DNA of 64,000 nt from a virus: the IMG/VR virus record IMGVR_UViG_3300026521_000343, positions 5,265 through 69,264 of that record; one strand, given 5' to 3'. The position numbers and the translations under genes were made by a program. How positions within the stretch are numbered: the stretch's first letter is position 1; every line of letters begins with the position of its first letter. Positions 9,693-20,669 of the stretch are shown here, in pieces. The notes under the pieces were generated by a model, which saw only the letters and a program-made list of their open reading frames with translations, ran no database searches and was not told the DNA's origin.

Positions 9693-10320
9693 AGCTGACA
9701 TTATCGCTCGTATGAATGAAGTAGGCATTACGAATCGCTCATGCGGTCGTATGGTTCGCCGTGTAAGCTCTAATGCTGAACGAAAAAATGAGAGCGTGAT
9801 TGATGTAGAGAATCGAACTATACCATTTATCTTGGTTAGTAGCGATAACGCAGGAGAGAGATATGACTGGTGGAAAGATGAAGTATATATTGAAGAGCTT
9901 GATCCAAATGGTGCTCGTCTTGATGAGCTTAAAACATTTTTTAAAGACCACAATCAAGCAGTCGATACCGCCATAGGCCGCATTGAAAATACTCGTGTAG
10001 ATGGAAATGAGATTAAGGCAGATGTGGTTTTTGGAACAGATGAAGATGCTTCTAAGGTTTTTACAAAGTACCAGGACAGAATACTTACAGATGTAAGTGT
10101 CGGCTACTATGTAAATGACATCGTAGTTACAAGTAAAAAAGATGAACCAGATCATATCTTAGTAACTGATTACACATTGGTAGAGCTTTCTGCTGTGTGG
10201 AAAGGTTTTGATAAAGGTGCGACTATGGGTCGCTCAAAAACAGTACAAAAAGAGGCTGTACAACTGCGAAATACAGATGTACTTCGTAGAAAATTCAATT
10301 TAAAATTAAAGGAGATCTAA
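9670..10320 (+). CDS. Prohead protease
   Basis: FFKDHN, VSVGY, VELSAV; between portal and capsid. Confidence 0.85.
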   Translation: MAKKQRSKADIIARMNEVGITNRSCGRMVRRVSSNAERKNESVIDVENRTIPFILVSSDNAGERYDWWKDEVYIEELDPNGARLDELKTFFKDHNQAVDTAIGRIENTRVDGNEIKADVVFGTDEDASKVFTKYQDRILTDVSVGYYVNDIVVTSKKDEPDHILVTDYTLVELSAVWKGFDKGATMGRSKTVQKEAVQLRNTDVLRRKFNLKLKEI

Positions 10321-11507
10321 TGAACAGATTAGAAAAAATGCGTGCAAAACTTGCACAACTACAAAGTCGTATGACAACGATGTTAAATGAGAATCCTGAT
10401 GGACTCGATGATACACTCAGTGCTGAGTATGATCAGTTAGAAGCTGACTTTGATGCAATACGTGCAGATATTGAACAAGAAGAGAAGCGTGTTGCAAAAC
10501 GTCAAGAACGTGAAACTTTTTTAGCTCAAAATCAAAGAGCACCACTTGTAACTGGTGAGAGTTTTGGAGAGAAAAAAGGTGAAGATGGAGATGGTGAAGC
10601 TTCGTATCGTTCAGCATTTTGGGCTGCACAGATGAGAAAACCACTCACAGACCAACAAACACGTAGCTTAAATACTGGTACCGGAGATAAAGGCGGTTTT
10701 TTAGTTCCTGAGGTATTTGAAACAACAATTATTGAAAAACTTACAGAAAAGTCTTTTATTAGATCACTTGCTACAGTAAGTACATCTTCATCAACTACAA
10801 ATATACCGGTTGATGGTGATGATGGAGCAAACGGATGGATAGAAGAGGGTGCAGCATATCCAGAGAGTGATCCTACTATTGCTCAAGTTATTATGAAAGC
10901 CTACAAAAATGGTCGAATTATCAAAGTTTCAGAAGAAGCTCTACAAGATAGTTTTACAAGCATTGAAGCGTTTATAGCAAATAAATTTGCAAAGTCAACA
11001 ACAAAAGCAGAAGAGTTGGCATTTGTTACAGGTGATGGAGTTGGTAAACCAAAAGGTTTCTTACTTGACGCAACTCTTGGAAAAACTGCAGCATCAAATA
11101 ATGCAATTACTGCAGATGAAATTTTAGACCTATGGGGTTCTATTGATGAAGATTATGCAGGTGAAGCAACTTGGATGATGAATAGAAATACAGTTCTTTC
11201 ATTGATGAAGTTAAAAGATGGTAACGGTGATTATATCATCAACAAAGGTTTGCAAGGTGAGCCAAAAACTCTTCTTGGTCGTCCTATTGTAATTAACAAG
11301 CATATGCCAGACATTGGTTCTGCTGCGAAGCCTATCGCATTTGGTGATTTCTCTTACTACTTCATTAAAGACAGAAAAGCTATGGAGATGAAGCGTCTTG
11401 ATGAGAAGTATGCAGATACAGGTCATGTTGGTTTTAGAATTGATAAGCGTGTAGATGGAAGACTTGTTATTTCAGAAGCTATTAATTATCTACAAATGGC
11501 AGTGTAA
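10320..11507 (+). CDS. Major capsid protein (HK97 fold)
   Basis: Coiled-coil delta domain; GGFLVPE, LKDGNGDY, LLGRPI, AFGDF, RVDG. Confidence 0.95.
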   Translation: MNRLEKMRAKLAQLQSRMTTMLNENPDGLDDTLSAEYDQLEADFDAIRADIEQEEKRVAKRQERETFLAQNQRAPLVTGESFGEKKGEDGDGEASYRSAFWAAQMRKPLTDQQTRSLNTGTGDKGGFLVPEVFETTIIEKLTEKSFIRSLATVSTSSSTTNIPVDGDDGANGWIEEGAAYPESDPTIAQVIMKAYKNGRIIKVSEEALQDSFTSIEAFIANKFAKSTTKAEELAFVTGDGVGKPKGFLLDATLGKTAASNNAITADEILDLWGSIDEDYAGEATWMMNRNTVLSLMKLKDGNGDYIINKGLQGEPKTLLGRPIVINKHMPDIGSAAKPIAFGDFSYYFIKDRKAMEMKRLDEKYADTGHVGFRIDKRVDGRLVISEAINYLQMAV

Positions 11508-11518
11508 AAGGCTGAACT

Positions 11519-11899
11519 ATGAGTAAATTAAAACTCAAACTGCTAACTGGTCGAAGTGGACCAGATGGCAGCCATGCACCAGGTGATAAGATTGATTTGC
11601 CTGTAAAAGAGGCTATCGCTCTTATTGACTCAAATCAGGCTGAACCTATAAATAAAAAATCATATGATATCGCAAAGAAAAAGTTGCAATCTATTGAAGA
11701 TGAAGAGCGGGTAAAAGAGGCTGAGGCAAATGCGATTTTAAAAAAAGAGTCTCTCGAACTTGAATTGCGTGAGCTTTATGAAAAAGTTGCATTAAAAGTT
11801 GCAGAGATTGAGGGAATCGTCTTAAGTGATGATGAAATCAAAGCTTTTGTAGATGAAAAGATGCAGGGCGAACCACTAAAAAAAGAGGATGCAAAGTAG
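11519..11899 (+). CDS. Hypothetical virion protein
   Basis: Post-capsid position; PGDKIDL..EA..LI...AEP. Confidence 0.5.
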   Translation: MSKLKLKLLTGRSGPDGSHAPGDKIDLPVKEAIALIDSNQAEPINKKSYDIAKKKLQSIEDEERVKEAEANAILKKESLELELRELYEKVALKVAEIEGIVLSDDEIKAFVDEKMQGEPLKKEDAK

Positions 11900-12469
11900 A
11901 TGAAGTTCAAACTCATTACACCACCGTCATTAACACCAGTCACACTTGATGAGGCAAAAGCACATCTAAGAGTGCTGCATGATGATGACAACACATACAT
12001 TACTTATCTTATAGAAGCTGCAACAGAGCAGGCTGAAGAGATAACATCAAGACAGTTTGTTGAAGCTACTTGGGAGTTGTATGTAGATGGGTTTAGTGAG
12101 TCTATTGAGTTGGCAAAATCTCCTCTTATTGCGGTTGATAAAATCGAGTATATACCAGATGGGAGTGATACTTTTGTACTTCTCGATGCTTCGCTGTACA
12201 GAGTAGATGATATTAGTGAACCGGCTGTTGTTTATAAAAATCGAAATGTAAACTACCCGAGTGTAGCAGATCAAGAGAGCAGTGTAAAAATTACTTTTAG
12301 AAGTGGGTATGTCAGTGGTGTTCCTACAGCACTCAAGCAGTGGATGCTTATTCGCATAGCGACTATGTATGAGAACCGCGAAGAGATAGTTATTGGAACA
12401 ATAACATCATATCTACAAAGTGAGTATAACAACTTTCTTATATCTAAATACAGAGTAGGCAGATTATGA
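11900..12469 (+). CDS. Head-tail connector
   Basis: PVTLDEAKAHLRV..DD..LIEAA; ATMYENRE. Confidence 0.9.
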   Translation: MKFKLITPPSLTPVTLDEAKAHLRVLHDDDNTYITYLIEAATEQAEEITSRQFVEATWELYVDGFSESIELAKSPLIAVDKIEYIPDGSDTFVLLDASLYRVDDISEPAVVYKNRNVNYPSVADQESSVKITFRSGYVSGVPTALKQWMLIRIATMYENREEIVIGTITSYLQSEYNNFLISKYRVGRL

Positions 12470-12780
12470 GATCTGGAAACTTGAAGCGTAAAATCACTAT
12501 TCAAACTTACAACGAAACTCCAAATGAATTTGGTGAAGTTGTCAAAGAGTGGGTTGATTTTACAATAGCTTATGCTTCCATAACTCCACTAAGTGCAAAA
12601 GAGTTTTACAAAGCAGGTACACACAACGAAGTGACTCATAAAATTGAGTTACGTTTTATTAGTGGCATAGTGCCAAAAATGCGTGTGATATATGGATCTC
12701 GTGAATTTAGCATTGAAAGTGTTTTAAACATTCGCGAAGAAAATAAAACGCTGCAATTGATTTGTACTGAGGTGGTGTAG
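12466..12780 (+). CDS. Head closure protein
   Basis: MRSGNLKRKITIQ..ASITPLSAKEF. Confidence 0.9.
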   Translation: MRSGNLKRKITIQTYNETPNEFGEVVKEWVDFTIAYASITPLSAKEFYKAGTHNEVTHKIELRFISGIVPKMRVIYGSREFSIESVLNIREENKTLQLICTEVV

Positions 12781-13311
12781 ATGAGTGAAGTTCGCGGTAT
12801 GGATGAGTTGTTAAAAAACTTAAAAACACTTCCTGAAAAGCTACAAAAAAGAGTTCTGGTTGGTGCTGTTCGTGCCGGTGCCAAACCTATCATAAAAGAG
12901 GCAAGAAAACTTGCTCCAAAAGACAGTGGAATGTTAAAAGAGAGTATAGGTGTAACAAAGTTTAAAACGAGAAAAAAAACTCTTGTATGGTTCGTGGTAT
13001 CACCAAGAGTGAAAAAGTTTAAAATGAAAGCAACCGATACGGATAGCGGAAAAAATGTAGTCTTAACAATGCTTAATGATCCGTGGTATGCTCACTTTGT
13101 AGAGTATGGAACTTATGCAAAACTAGATCACCCACTTGTAAAACGTGTAGGTGGGAAACGAGGTAAAAAAAGGAATCAGATTGCAGCTAAAGGTTATGGG
13201 ATAAAACCACACCCGTTTATGCGACCAGCTTTTGAAAAAGAGGGCGAAAACAGCATAAAGTATGTACGAGAGTACATAGCAAAACGACTTGATAAGGAAC
13301 TTTCAAGATGA
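12781..13311 (+). CDS. HK97 gp10-like tail component
   Basis: APKDSGMLKESI, YAHFVEYGT, PHPFMRPA. Confidence 0.9.
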   Translation: MSEVRGMDELLKNLKTLPEKLQKRVLVGAVRAGAKPIIKEARKLAPKDSGMLKESIGVTKFKTRKKTLVWFVVSPRVKKFKMKATDTDSGKNVVLTMLNDPWYAHFVEYGTYAKLDHPLVKRVGGKRGKKRNQIAAKGYGIKPHPFMRPAFEKEGENSIKYVREYIAKRLDKELSR

Positions 13312-13637
13312 TTGAAAAAGATCTGTATGCAGCATTGAAAACTGTATGCCCTAGAGTATATCCTATGTTTATGCCGGATGATGCAGTCTATCCGTCTATT
13401 ACTTATCAGGTTGTTTTTTCAGGCACAGAGCAAAGTGTGTCAGGAAATGTGTGCGGTAAAAACACACGTTTTCAAGTTGATATATACGCAAAAAGTTACA
13501 GCGAGGCCAAGAGCCTTAGAGATGAAGCTATAAGCAAGATAGTTGATCTAAGTGGTGGAGATATTTCTTCACATGATTTGTACGAAGATACGGTTGAACT
13601 ACATAGACAAATGATTGATTTTAAAATTAAGGAGTAA
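13308..13637 (+). CDS. Tail terminator (DUF3168-like)
   Basis: RVYP..YPSITYQ..RFQVDIYA. Confidence 0.8.
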   Translation: MIEKDLYAALKTVCPRVYPMFMPDDAVYPSITYQVVFSGTEQSVSGNVCGKNTRFQVDIYAKSYSEAKSLRDEAISKIVDLSGGDISSHDLYEDTVELHRQMIDFKIKE

Positions 13638-13640
13638 AAA

Positions 13641-14054
13641 ATGAGTATTCAAACAAAAGGAATAATCCTAAAAGCAAACGATAAGACTGTTGGTTGTTTT
13701 CAATCTGTAGGTGATATTGATTTATCAAGAGGGGTTAAAGAGTATGAGTGCTTAAACAATGGAGACATTGAATTAGCAGTTGGAAATATTAGAGCAGGTG
13801 ACATTCCAATCGGAGTCAAATATGATCCTGCAGATGCAGCAGGTGCAGGTGAGCTTGAAGCATCATTCAAGACAGGTATTGCTATTTCGTTCGACGTAGA
13901 ACTATCTGACATCGGAACAACAAATGGAACAACTTTCTCATGGACCGGTGCAGTTGTTACAAGCTGGAAAGTAACACCTGAGCAAAACGGTTTTGTACTA
14001 GCAACATTCACTGTAAAATTAAATGGTGAGCCAACAATCACAGCGGCGGCATAG
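13641..14054 (+). CDS. Major tail tube protein
   Basis: Position; C-terminal ATFTVKLNGEP. Confidence 0.75.
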   Translation: MSIQTKGIILKANDKTVGCFQSVGDIDLSRGVKEYECLNNGDIELAVGNIRAGDIPIGVKYDPADAAGAGELEASFKTGIAISFDVELSDIGTTNGTTFSWTGAVVTSWKVTPEQNGFVLATFTVKLNGEPTITAAA

Positions 14055-14055
14055 T

Positions 14056-14541
14056 ATGAGAATTCAACTTGACTATAAAATAAATATTGATGTTAAAGAG
14101 GGGAACAAAACTAAAGAGAAGTTATCAATTTTCTTTAGGGAGTTTTCAAAATCTGAGAAAAAAGAGCATGAGCAATTAAGAAAAAGTTTTGAAAGAATAT
14201 TCAAAAAAATTAAAAAGCTAAATGTAAAATTTATCTCTTGCAAAAAGAAAATAGAGCTATATGAACTTGACGGAGACTATAAGAAAGCTCTCTTGGAGAT
14301 AGAAAAATCAGAAAAACTTGGTGCAGACTTAGAAGTTTTAGTGGAAGAGTTGGATGAACTTGGAGGAGAGGACAAAGAAGAGTTTGCGGAGACAGCAGCA
14401 AAAGATAGATTTAACTTACTTGTTAGTGGAAAAGACAAAGAGAAGCTAGAACAGTATGCAGAGATAAAAGGTTTTGCAAACTTAATGAAAGATTTGGATC
14501 TAGCGAAAGCAGATTTAGAAAAAAAGCAATTTGGCGAATAG
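14056..14541 (+). CDS. Tail assembly chaperone (G-like)
   Basis: Between tail tube and TMP; A AAA AAG slippery site at 14520-14526. Confidence 0.7.
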   Translation: MRIQLDYKINIDVKEGNKTKEKLSIFFREFSKSEKKEHEQLRKSFERIFKKIKKLNVKFISCKKKIELYELDGDYKKALLEIEKSEKLGADLEVLVEELDELGGEDKEEFAETAAKDRFNLLVSGKDKEKLEQYAEIKGFANLMKDLDLAKADLEKKQFGE

Positions 14542-14852
14542 CTAAATACATAAGAGATGATGGGGACTTTGACAGTCTTCATCTTTTTGAAAAAGTATTA
14601 GCTAATATCGCCATTAACTGCCAATTCGCATATGGTGCGATGGGGAGAGTTGGCTTCTTATATGAGTCGATGAAAGATGAAATAAAGTGGAAAGGGTTAA
14701 GCCCTAAACATTACATCAAGATTGTCTCTAAAATAGGATACATCTTATCTATGGAAGAGAAAGAGTATCAAAAAGAGAAAGTAAGCAAAGAGCAAATGAG
14801 CGATAGTGCTATAAGCGAAGTGTTTTTAAAAGCGTTTGGAGATGGGAAATGA
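14526..14852 (+). CDS. Tail assembly chaperone -1 frameshift extension (GT-like)
   Basis: The -1 frame is open from the slippery site into the 14640-14852 ORF. Confidence 0.65.
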   Translation, partial: AIWRIAKYIRDDGDFDSLHLFEKVLANIAINCQFAYGAMGRVGFLYESMKDEIKWKGLSPKHYIKIVSKIGYILSMEEKEYQKEKVSKEQMSDSAISEVFLKAFGDGK

Positions 14853-17614
14853 GTTATAAAGCTGGAACAGTAGTAATAGACATCAAAGCAGATACAGCAA
14901 AGCTTGTAGCTGGGATGGACAAAGCTCAAAGAACTGTAACTAAATCTATTGATAATATAAAAACTGCAATAATCTCTATGGCTGCGGCTTATGCTGGGAT
15001 TGAGAGTGTGAGAGCATTTGGCGGAATGATTAGTGATTCTATTGATGCTGCTGATAATGTTGGAAAACTTGCTCAAAAACTTGGAATGACTACCGAAGAA
15101 CTTTCAAAACTTCAATACACTGCACAGCTTGCTGACGTATCAAACGGAGAGTTGACAGCCGGTTTAAGTGCATTGATACGAAGACTAAATAATTTTCAAC
15201 AAGACGGAGGCGGTGCAGCAAAGGATGCATTTGCAGAGCTTGGGATTAGTGCAGAGTATGCGAGAGAGCATTTAACTTCAACCGATGCAGCATTTAAAGA
15301 GATAATAAAAAGACTTGAGGAGATGCCAGATGGGTACAAAAAGACGGCAATTGCTCAAGACATTTTTAGTAAAAGTGCCAGCGGACTTCTTAAAATAACA
15401 GCAACAGACTTGCAAAGCTTAGGTGACGAGGCTCAAAAGATAGGGTTGTCAATTTCTCAAGGTACTTATGAAATGGCAGCTGCATACCATGATCAAATGG
15501 ATCAACTCGATGCAAGGCTGAAAGGAATCAAACAGACCGTAGCATTTAGCGTAATAGCGCCTATGGATGCCGCATCAAAGACAGCAGTTGATATGTACGA
15601 TGAAATGTTCGATACTCCTATTGAACAAATGCAGGAGTTTGAGAGTATTGCAACAAATTCTATTAAAAACGTTGCAAATAGTGTTGGTTTCATAAAAGAT
15701 GCTTTTACAGGAACAGAGATTGTAATTAATGGGGTAGAAATTGCATTTTTAGAGTTTGTTAAATCAATCCAAGACAGTTCAAACTATATAAATTCATCGT
15801 TTCAGTGGTGGGAAGACAAGTTAAATAATGTAACTGGTAAAAAAACAAACTTTTTTAATACCGTCGATACAACTGCAACTATGAAAATTATTGACGACTT
15901 GAAAAAAGAGACAGAGTCGTTAATAAAAACAATACACGATGGTAGAGATGTTTCAGATAACTTTTCAAATAACCTTATAATAAATCTAAAAAAAATCAAG
16001 AAAGAGGCAGAAAAAACAAGCAAAGCAGTCGGAGGTATTGGCGGAGGCGGCAAAAAATCAAAAAATACTAATGACATCAAAAAAGACAACGCGCAATGGA
16101 TAAAAGATCTACAGGATTTCTATAATATTGATATTGAAAAAGGTTTAAACGATCAAGGTAAAAAAGTAGAAACAACTTTCCAAAACTGGGGAGACACTTT
16201 AAATAGTTCTATATCAAACTCAATAGTTGATGCCCTCCAGAGCGGTGATGTAATGGGAGCGATACAAGGGCTTGGAAGTTCTTTTGGATCATCAGTTCTA
16301 CAATCATCAACAACTAATCTTGTAGGTAACTTTGGGAGTATGGCATCAAGCGGTACTCTAATGTCGATGGGTGGATTTGGTGGAATGGCAGCAGGGCTTG
16401 GAATTGGTGCTTTGTCGGGTTCTTTGTTTGGCGGAAGTTCGTCAAAGCCAAAGGATTATACTTCGATAATAGACAGTGCATCTTTCACAAACGGAATAAA
16501 TATTGATATTGGAGACTATGACAATAATTTTTCTAAGTTTATTGATGGGCTAGATTCAGCATCAGCAAAACTTGAAGACTTTGGAAATGTTGGTAGTGCT
16601 CAAACCGATAAAATGAATACACTTACAAATTTAATAGACAAAGATAGTAACTTAATAAAAGAGTATGAAGCAAGCATTAAAAAATCAGAATATGCACTCG
16701 GAGAAGATTATGATAATTTAGATTCACGAAACTTCAGTGACATAAACAACATATACTTTTTAACAAAAGACTCAAATAGATTAAACAAAGAAATTGATAA
16801 TGCTAAATCAGAGTTAAGCAGTATCTTATCTTCAAGTTTAGCGGACTCTTTAAATTTCGACAACATGTCAGCACAAGATGCTAGTAATCTTATTGGTGAT
16901 TTTGATATTTCATCTTATAACAATGTTTTGGAGCAAATAAACGAACTTGCAATTAAGGCAAAACAGCAAGGAGGGGAGTTAAGTGATGAAGATAATACAA
17001 CACTACTTGATCTATACACGTCTTCTTTATACACAACAGGTCAAGATTACGCAGATGCAATAAGCATAATAGATGATGCACTTAATACTTCCAAAGACAA
17101 TATTAAATTATGGGAAGACAGCTTTAAATCTCAAGATGAATTGGCTCAAGATATGGCTAATAATTTAGGTGTAACACTCGCAACGACTAATGATGGTCTA
17201 AACTCTCTTTTTGATACTTTAAAAGGTGGTGTCGATGGGCTAAATGATGCAGAGAGTGATTTGCTCATGGCAAATAAAGCGTTAATAGATGCAAATAATC
17301 AAGCGATAACAGATGCATTTCTTGGCTCTTACAGCCCTCTCACATTGTCACAGAAAACAGACTACGCAAATAGCATTGCAAGCGGAGCAATACCATCAAA
17401 TTTAAGCGACAGCGAAAGCTATTATCTTGCATTACAAACTACTATGAATAGTGCAGTAAGTGAGGACGAAGCGACACGAGCATTTAACAGATACATCGCA
17501 GACATAAGCACTGTTGAGCCAGACAGCACAAGGACAGATATAGTGAATGAATTACGCTCAAATAGAGAAACATTAAATGATATCGCAAATAGATTAGACA
17601 GGTTGGAAGCATGA
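14849..17614 (+). CDS. Tape measure protein (phage A)
   Basis: 921 aa, helical; AGTVVIDIKADT N-terminus; position. Confidence 0.9.
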   Translation: MSYKAGTVVIDIKADTAKLVAGMDKAQRTVTKSIDNIKTAIISMAAAYAGIESVRAFGGMISDSIDAADNVGKLAQKLGMTTEELSKLQYTAQLADVSNGELTAGLSALIRRLNNFQQDGGGAAKDAFAELGISAEYAREHLTSTDAAFKEIIKRLEEMPDGYKKTAIAQDIFSKSASGLLKITATDLQSLGDEAQKIGLSISQGTYEMAAAYHDQMDQLDARLKGIKQTVAFSVIAPMDAASKTAVDMYDEMFDTPIEQMQEFESIATNSIKNVANSVGFIKDAFTGTEIVINGVEIAFLEFVKSIQDSSNYINSSFQWWEDKLNNVTGKKTNFFNTVDTTATMKIIDDLKKETESLIKTIHDGRDVSDNFSNNLIINLKKIKKEAEKTSKAVGGIGGGGKKSKNTNDIKKDNAQWIKDLQDFYNIDIEKGLNDQGKKVETTFQNWGDTLNSSISNSIVDALQSGDVMGAIQGLGSSFGSSVLQSSTTNLVGNFGSMASSGTLMSMGGFGGMAAGLGIGALSGSLFGGSSSKPKDYTSIIDSASFTNGINIDIGDYDNNFSKFIDGLDSASAKLEDFGNVGSAQTDKMNTLTNLIDKDSNLIKEYEASIKKSEYALGEDYDNLDSRNFSDINNIYFLTKDSNRLNKEIDNAKSELSSILSSSLADSLNFDNMSAQDASNLIGDFDISSYNNVLEQINELAIKAKQQGGELSDEDNTTLLDLYTSSLYTTGQDYADAISIIDDALNTSKDNIKLWEDSFKSQDELAQDMANNLGVTLATTNDGLNSLFDTLKGGVDGLNDAESDLLMANKALIDANNQAITDAFLGSYSPLTLSQKTDYANSIASGAIPSNLSDSESYYLALQTTMNSAVSEDEATRAFNRYIADISTVEPDSTRTDIVNELRSNRETLNDIANRLDRLEA

Positions 17615-19059
17615 TATTTAATATACCGGTAGGATTTGAGTTTATAAGTACTGACGTTCCTTATCAAGTGGCAGAGTATGATGAAAATATCACATACGCA
17701 GATGGTGACGAGGCAAGAATAGATGATGATATTTATCAAGTGTTCAACTATGAAGAAAATGTACCGTTTCCAGACTTTCAAGATTATAGATATTACCATA
17801 CAGGAAGCAAGGTTAACTTAAACGGGATAGGGTACAGAAAATCAATGTCAATTAATGATAGAGGATGCTGGGGAACTCTTGACGCTGCTACTGTAGTAGG
17901 GGATTATGATGCTATAAATTTTGAGTTTTGGGATGGAAAAACTTTCGGAGTCGGGTTCAATGTTGGAAGTAACAATGCTCCTTGTGAAAGTGATGTTACA
18001 TACACTTTTATTGACGATGGAGACGTAGATAATTATAAAAATGTTCGAATAACAAAAACATTAAATTCAGATGGAACGGTATCAGAAGTAGGAACAATAA
18101 AATTATACAATGAAATAACACCTGATAAAGATGGTGGATATGTAATCATAGGCGGAAAAGTTTCAAAAGTATTTGGAGTGACTGCGGATGATGTTCAAGA
18201 TAAACTGCTGAAAGATGGAACATGGATTAAATTAGAAAATAATTATGAAACAGTAAATAAGCACAATCTTCTCGAGCTTAGAAAATCAATTAAAAAAGCT
18301 CCATTTGATACTAAACAGTTTACAAGAGTTGAAGTTAACGGACCTCAAAAATGGATAATTAAACCAAATGGAAGTTACAACAGTATTGCTATCGGTGGAG
18401 TAAGCGGTAATTATCTATATGTTGAGTTTGCAGAAAATGAAAATCCATTAGCATCAGAGGTGTTACAAAGCAATACAATATCATTAAAAGAAAATCGTAT
18501 CGCTTCTACACAACTTAGAAAAGATGGCACAGAGATATTTTTAGACTATCCTGAACCAACAACTCAGATTATATATAGCAATGAAAACGCTCCATATATT
18601 ATTATAACAGTAACGCCAATCGCACAAGACTATTCAGTTGTTGGATATGTTGAGAAATCAAGTATCGGAACTATAGTGCCATGTTTAGTAATTGAAGCAG
18701 GGGCGACTAAACAAATATTCAAGCATAGAATTATAAATTATGGAAAAAGTGAGGTAAACAAAACCACTGGATACATTGAATATATTAAAGGAAATAGAGC
18801 TTTAAGATTCTCTGGAAGCTTTTATTCAATCCTAACAAAGTATGACAAGGCAATACTTTTGGATAAAAAATTCAATGATGATCTTATTGTAGTAGATGGA
18901 AGCGACAATATCAATAATGATGAATCAGATAGCAAAAACATATTTTCATCAACAAAAATTATCGGAAGACTTCGAGATCTTGGAAGAGAAACTAAAGAGA
19001 CAGATGGCATTCTTGACAATACTTTACCGGTTCCATTTGAATTTGAGGAGGTAGTGTAA
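17611..19059 (+). CDS. Tail tip/baseplate protein
   Basis: Follows TMP; homologous to 51956-53392. Confidence 0.6.
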   Translation: MIFNIPVGFEFISTDVPYQVAEYDENITYADGDEARIDDDIYQVFNYEENVPFPDFQDYRYYHTGSKVNLNGIGYRKSMSINDRGCWGTLDAATVVGDYDAINFEFWDGKTFGVGFNVGSNNAPCESDVTYTFIDDGDVDNYKNVRITKTLNSDGTVSEVGTIKLYNEITPDKDGGYVIIGGKVSKVFGVTADDVQDKLLKDGTWIKLENNYETVNKHNLLELRKSIKKAPFDTKQFTRVEVNGPQKWIIKPNGSYNSIAIGGVSGNYLYVEFAENENPLASEVLQSNTISLKENRIASTQLRKDGTEIFLDYPEPTTQIIYSNENAPYIIITVTPIAQDYSVVGYVEKSSIGTIVPCLVIEAGATKQIFKHRIINYGKSEVNKTTGYIEYIKGNRALRFSGSFYSILTKYDKAILLDKKFNDDLIVVDGSDNINNDESDSKNIFSSTKIIGRLRDLGRETKETDGILDNTLPVPFEFEEVV

Positions 19060-20669
19060 TGTTTGACAGCACAGAGGTATTTCCTGCACAGCTTGCAACC
19101 GTTATTGCAGAGGGCTTTAGTTCCAACTTCAAAAAAGGCATAGCGTGTCTTAACAATAGAGTTGTAGCAAATAATAACAACTCTGTGAGTCTCACTTTTT
19201 TATTTAAAGAAAAAGAGCAAAGCGCAGGCTTCTTGGGATGGTATGTAAACAATTTAGAGTATGGTACAAAAGAGTTTTTAATTGATGTACCTATGTTTGG
19301 TATATATAAAACATGGCGCTGTGTATTTACTTCTGATCTTGCTGAGAATGTCATCTCTACAGAGGTAAGAAAAATTACTATGAAAGCTCGTATTCTTGAT
19401 GATATAACTCTGGTTAGAAATGTTTATAGTCCACTTTTATCAATGCCGCTCATTAACTCACTAAAGATGATAAAAGGAAGTGGTGCAGCAACATTTACAA
19501 GAGCATCTACAGCAACGTATATGGAGAATGGTGTGCTTAAATATGCAGCAGTTGATGAGCCACGCTTTGAAGAAGATGGGATACTTATTGAGACAAGTAG
19601 TACGAATTTACAATTATATAGCTCAAAGATTACAACAGCAGACTATCTTGCAGGAAATGATGGAGTTTTAATTGAAGACTATAAATCTATTGATGGAAAC
19701 TTAAACGCTGCACTTCTTAAATCATCAGTAGATGGGGATACTTATTTTTATGCTTATAGAAGCAATACTTTAAGTGTCAGCGATGTTTACACAACTAGCG
19801 TTTTTGTCAATATAGGAAATATGACGCAAGGCTCAAAAGTTTATATACGAACACACTCTAATATAACCAATACTACAAACTCATCTTATGTGGGGGTATT
19901 CAGTGACGGAACTGAGTATATCTCTGATACAGATGGAATTTTGCTTAATCATAATATTGAACATATTATTGACGATTGGTATAGATTACAACTAACTACT
20001 ACTGTTGGTGATGTAAACGGAGATGGTAGTGATGTAACAAGTAACTACTATAGTATAGTCACCGTATCTGATGGAACAACTTTAGGTGATGGCGTTGTGT
20101 TCTGTTTTCCTCAAATAGAGAAGTTACCATTTGCGACAAGCTTTATACCTACAGGTTCAATAACAGCAACGAGAGAACTTGAGTACCTCAATATACCAAG
20201 ACCGTCAGATTTAAACTTAGAGAGAGATGGAGAAGTTGCAATATCTTTTGAATATGAGTCACTCGGAGTTACTGACGATAACCAGTGGATAATAGGTTTA
20301 TACACTAGTGTTACTGATAAGATTGGATGCCATATAAGTCCTAACTCTGCAATAGGTGCAGACTTAGGCTCTGATGGAAATTCTTACTACACTAGAGCAG
20401 GATATACATCTAATTATCCTAAAGGTAAATTTACCATGGTAGCCAGTGCTGAAGATAAAGTTTTAAAAGCATACTTAAATGGCGATTTGCAAGCAACTAC
20501 AATATTACAAGGAAATAGCTTAACTGATACTCAAAATAGTGCTTATGATTATATTAGAATTGGTAACTACAAACAAAGCACAACAGATAAAACAACACAG
20601 TTTTCTGGGCATTTAAAAAATCTTAAAATATTTCATACTCTCACAGATAAAGAGGCAAAACTACTATGA
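19059..20669 (+). CDS. Tail protein with fibre/lectin-like (LamG-like) domains
   Basis: TFTRASTATY..DEPRFE..GILIE..TN and ATSFIPT..TR motifs; homologous to 53392-54936. Confidence 0.65.
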   Translation: MFDSTEVFPAQLATVIAEGFSSNFKKGIACLNNRVVANNNNSVSLTFLFKEKEQSAGFLGWYVNNLEYGTKEFLIDVPMFGIYKTWRCVFTSDLAENVISTEVRKITMKARILDDITLVRNVYSPLLSMPLINSLKMIKGSGAATFTRASTATYMENGVLKYAAVDEPRFEEDGILIETSSTNLQLYSSKITTADYLAGNDGVLIEDYKSIDGNLNAALLKSSVDGDTYFYAYRSNTLSVSDVYTTSVFVNIGNMTQGSKVYIRTHSNITNTTNSSYVGVFSDGTEYISDTDGILLNHNIEHIIDDWYRLQLTTTVGDVNGDGSDVTSNYYSIVTVSDGTTLGDGVVFCFPQIEKLPFATSFIPTGSITATRELEYLNIPRPSDLNLERDGEVAISFEYESLGVTDDNQWIIGLYTSVTDKIGCHISPNSAIGADLGSDGNSYYTRAGYTSNYPKGKFTMVASAEDKVLKAYLNGDLQATTILQGNSLTDTQNSAYDYIRIGNYKQSTTDKTTQFSGHLKNLKIFHTLTDKEAKLL

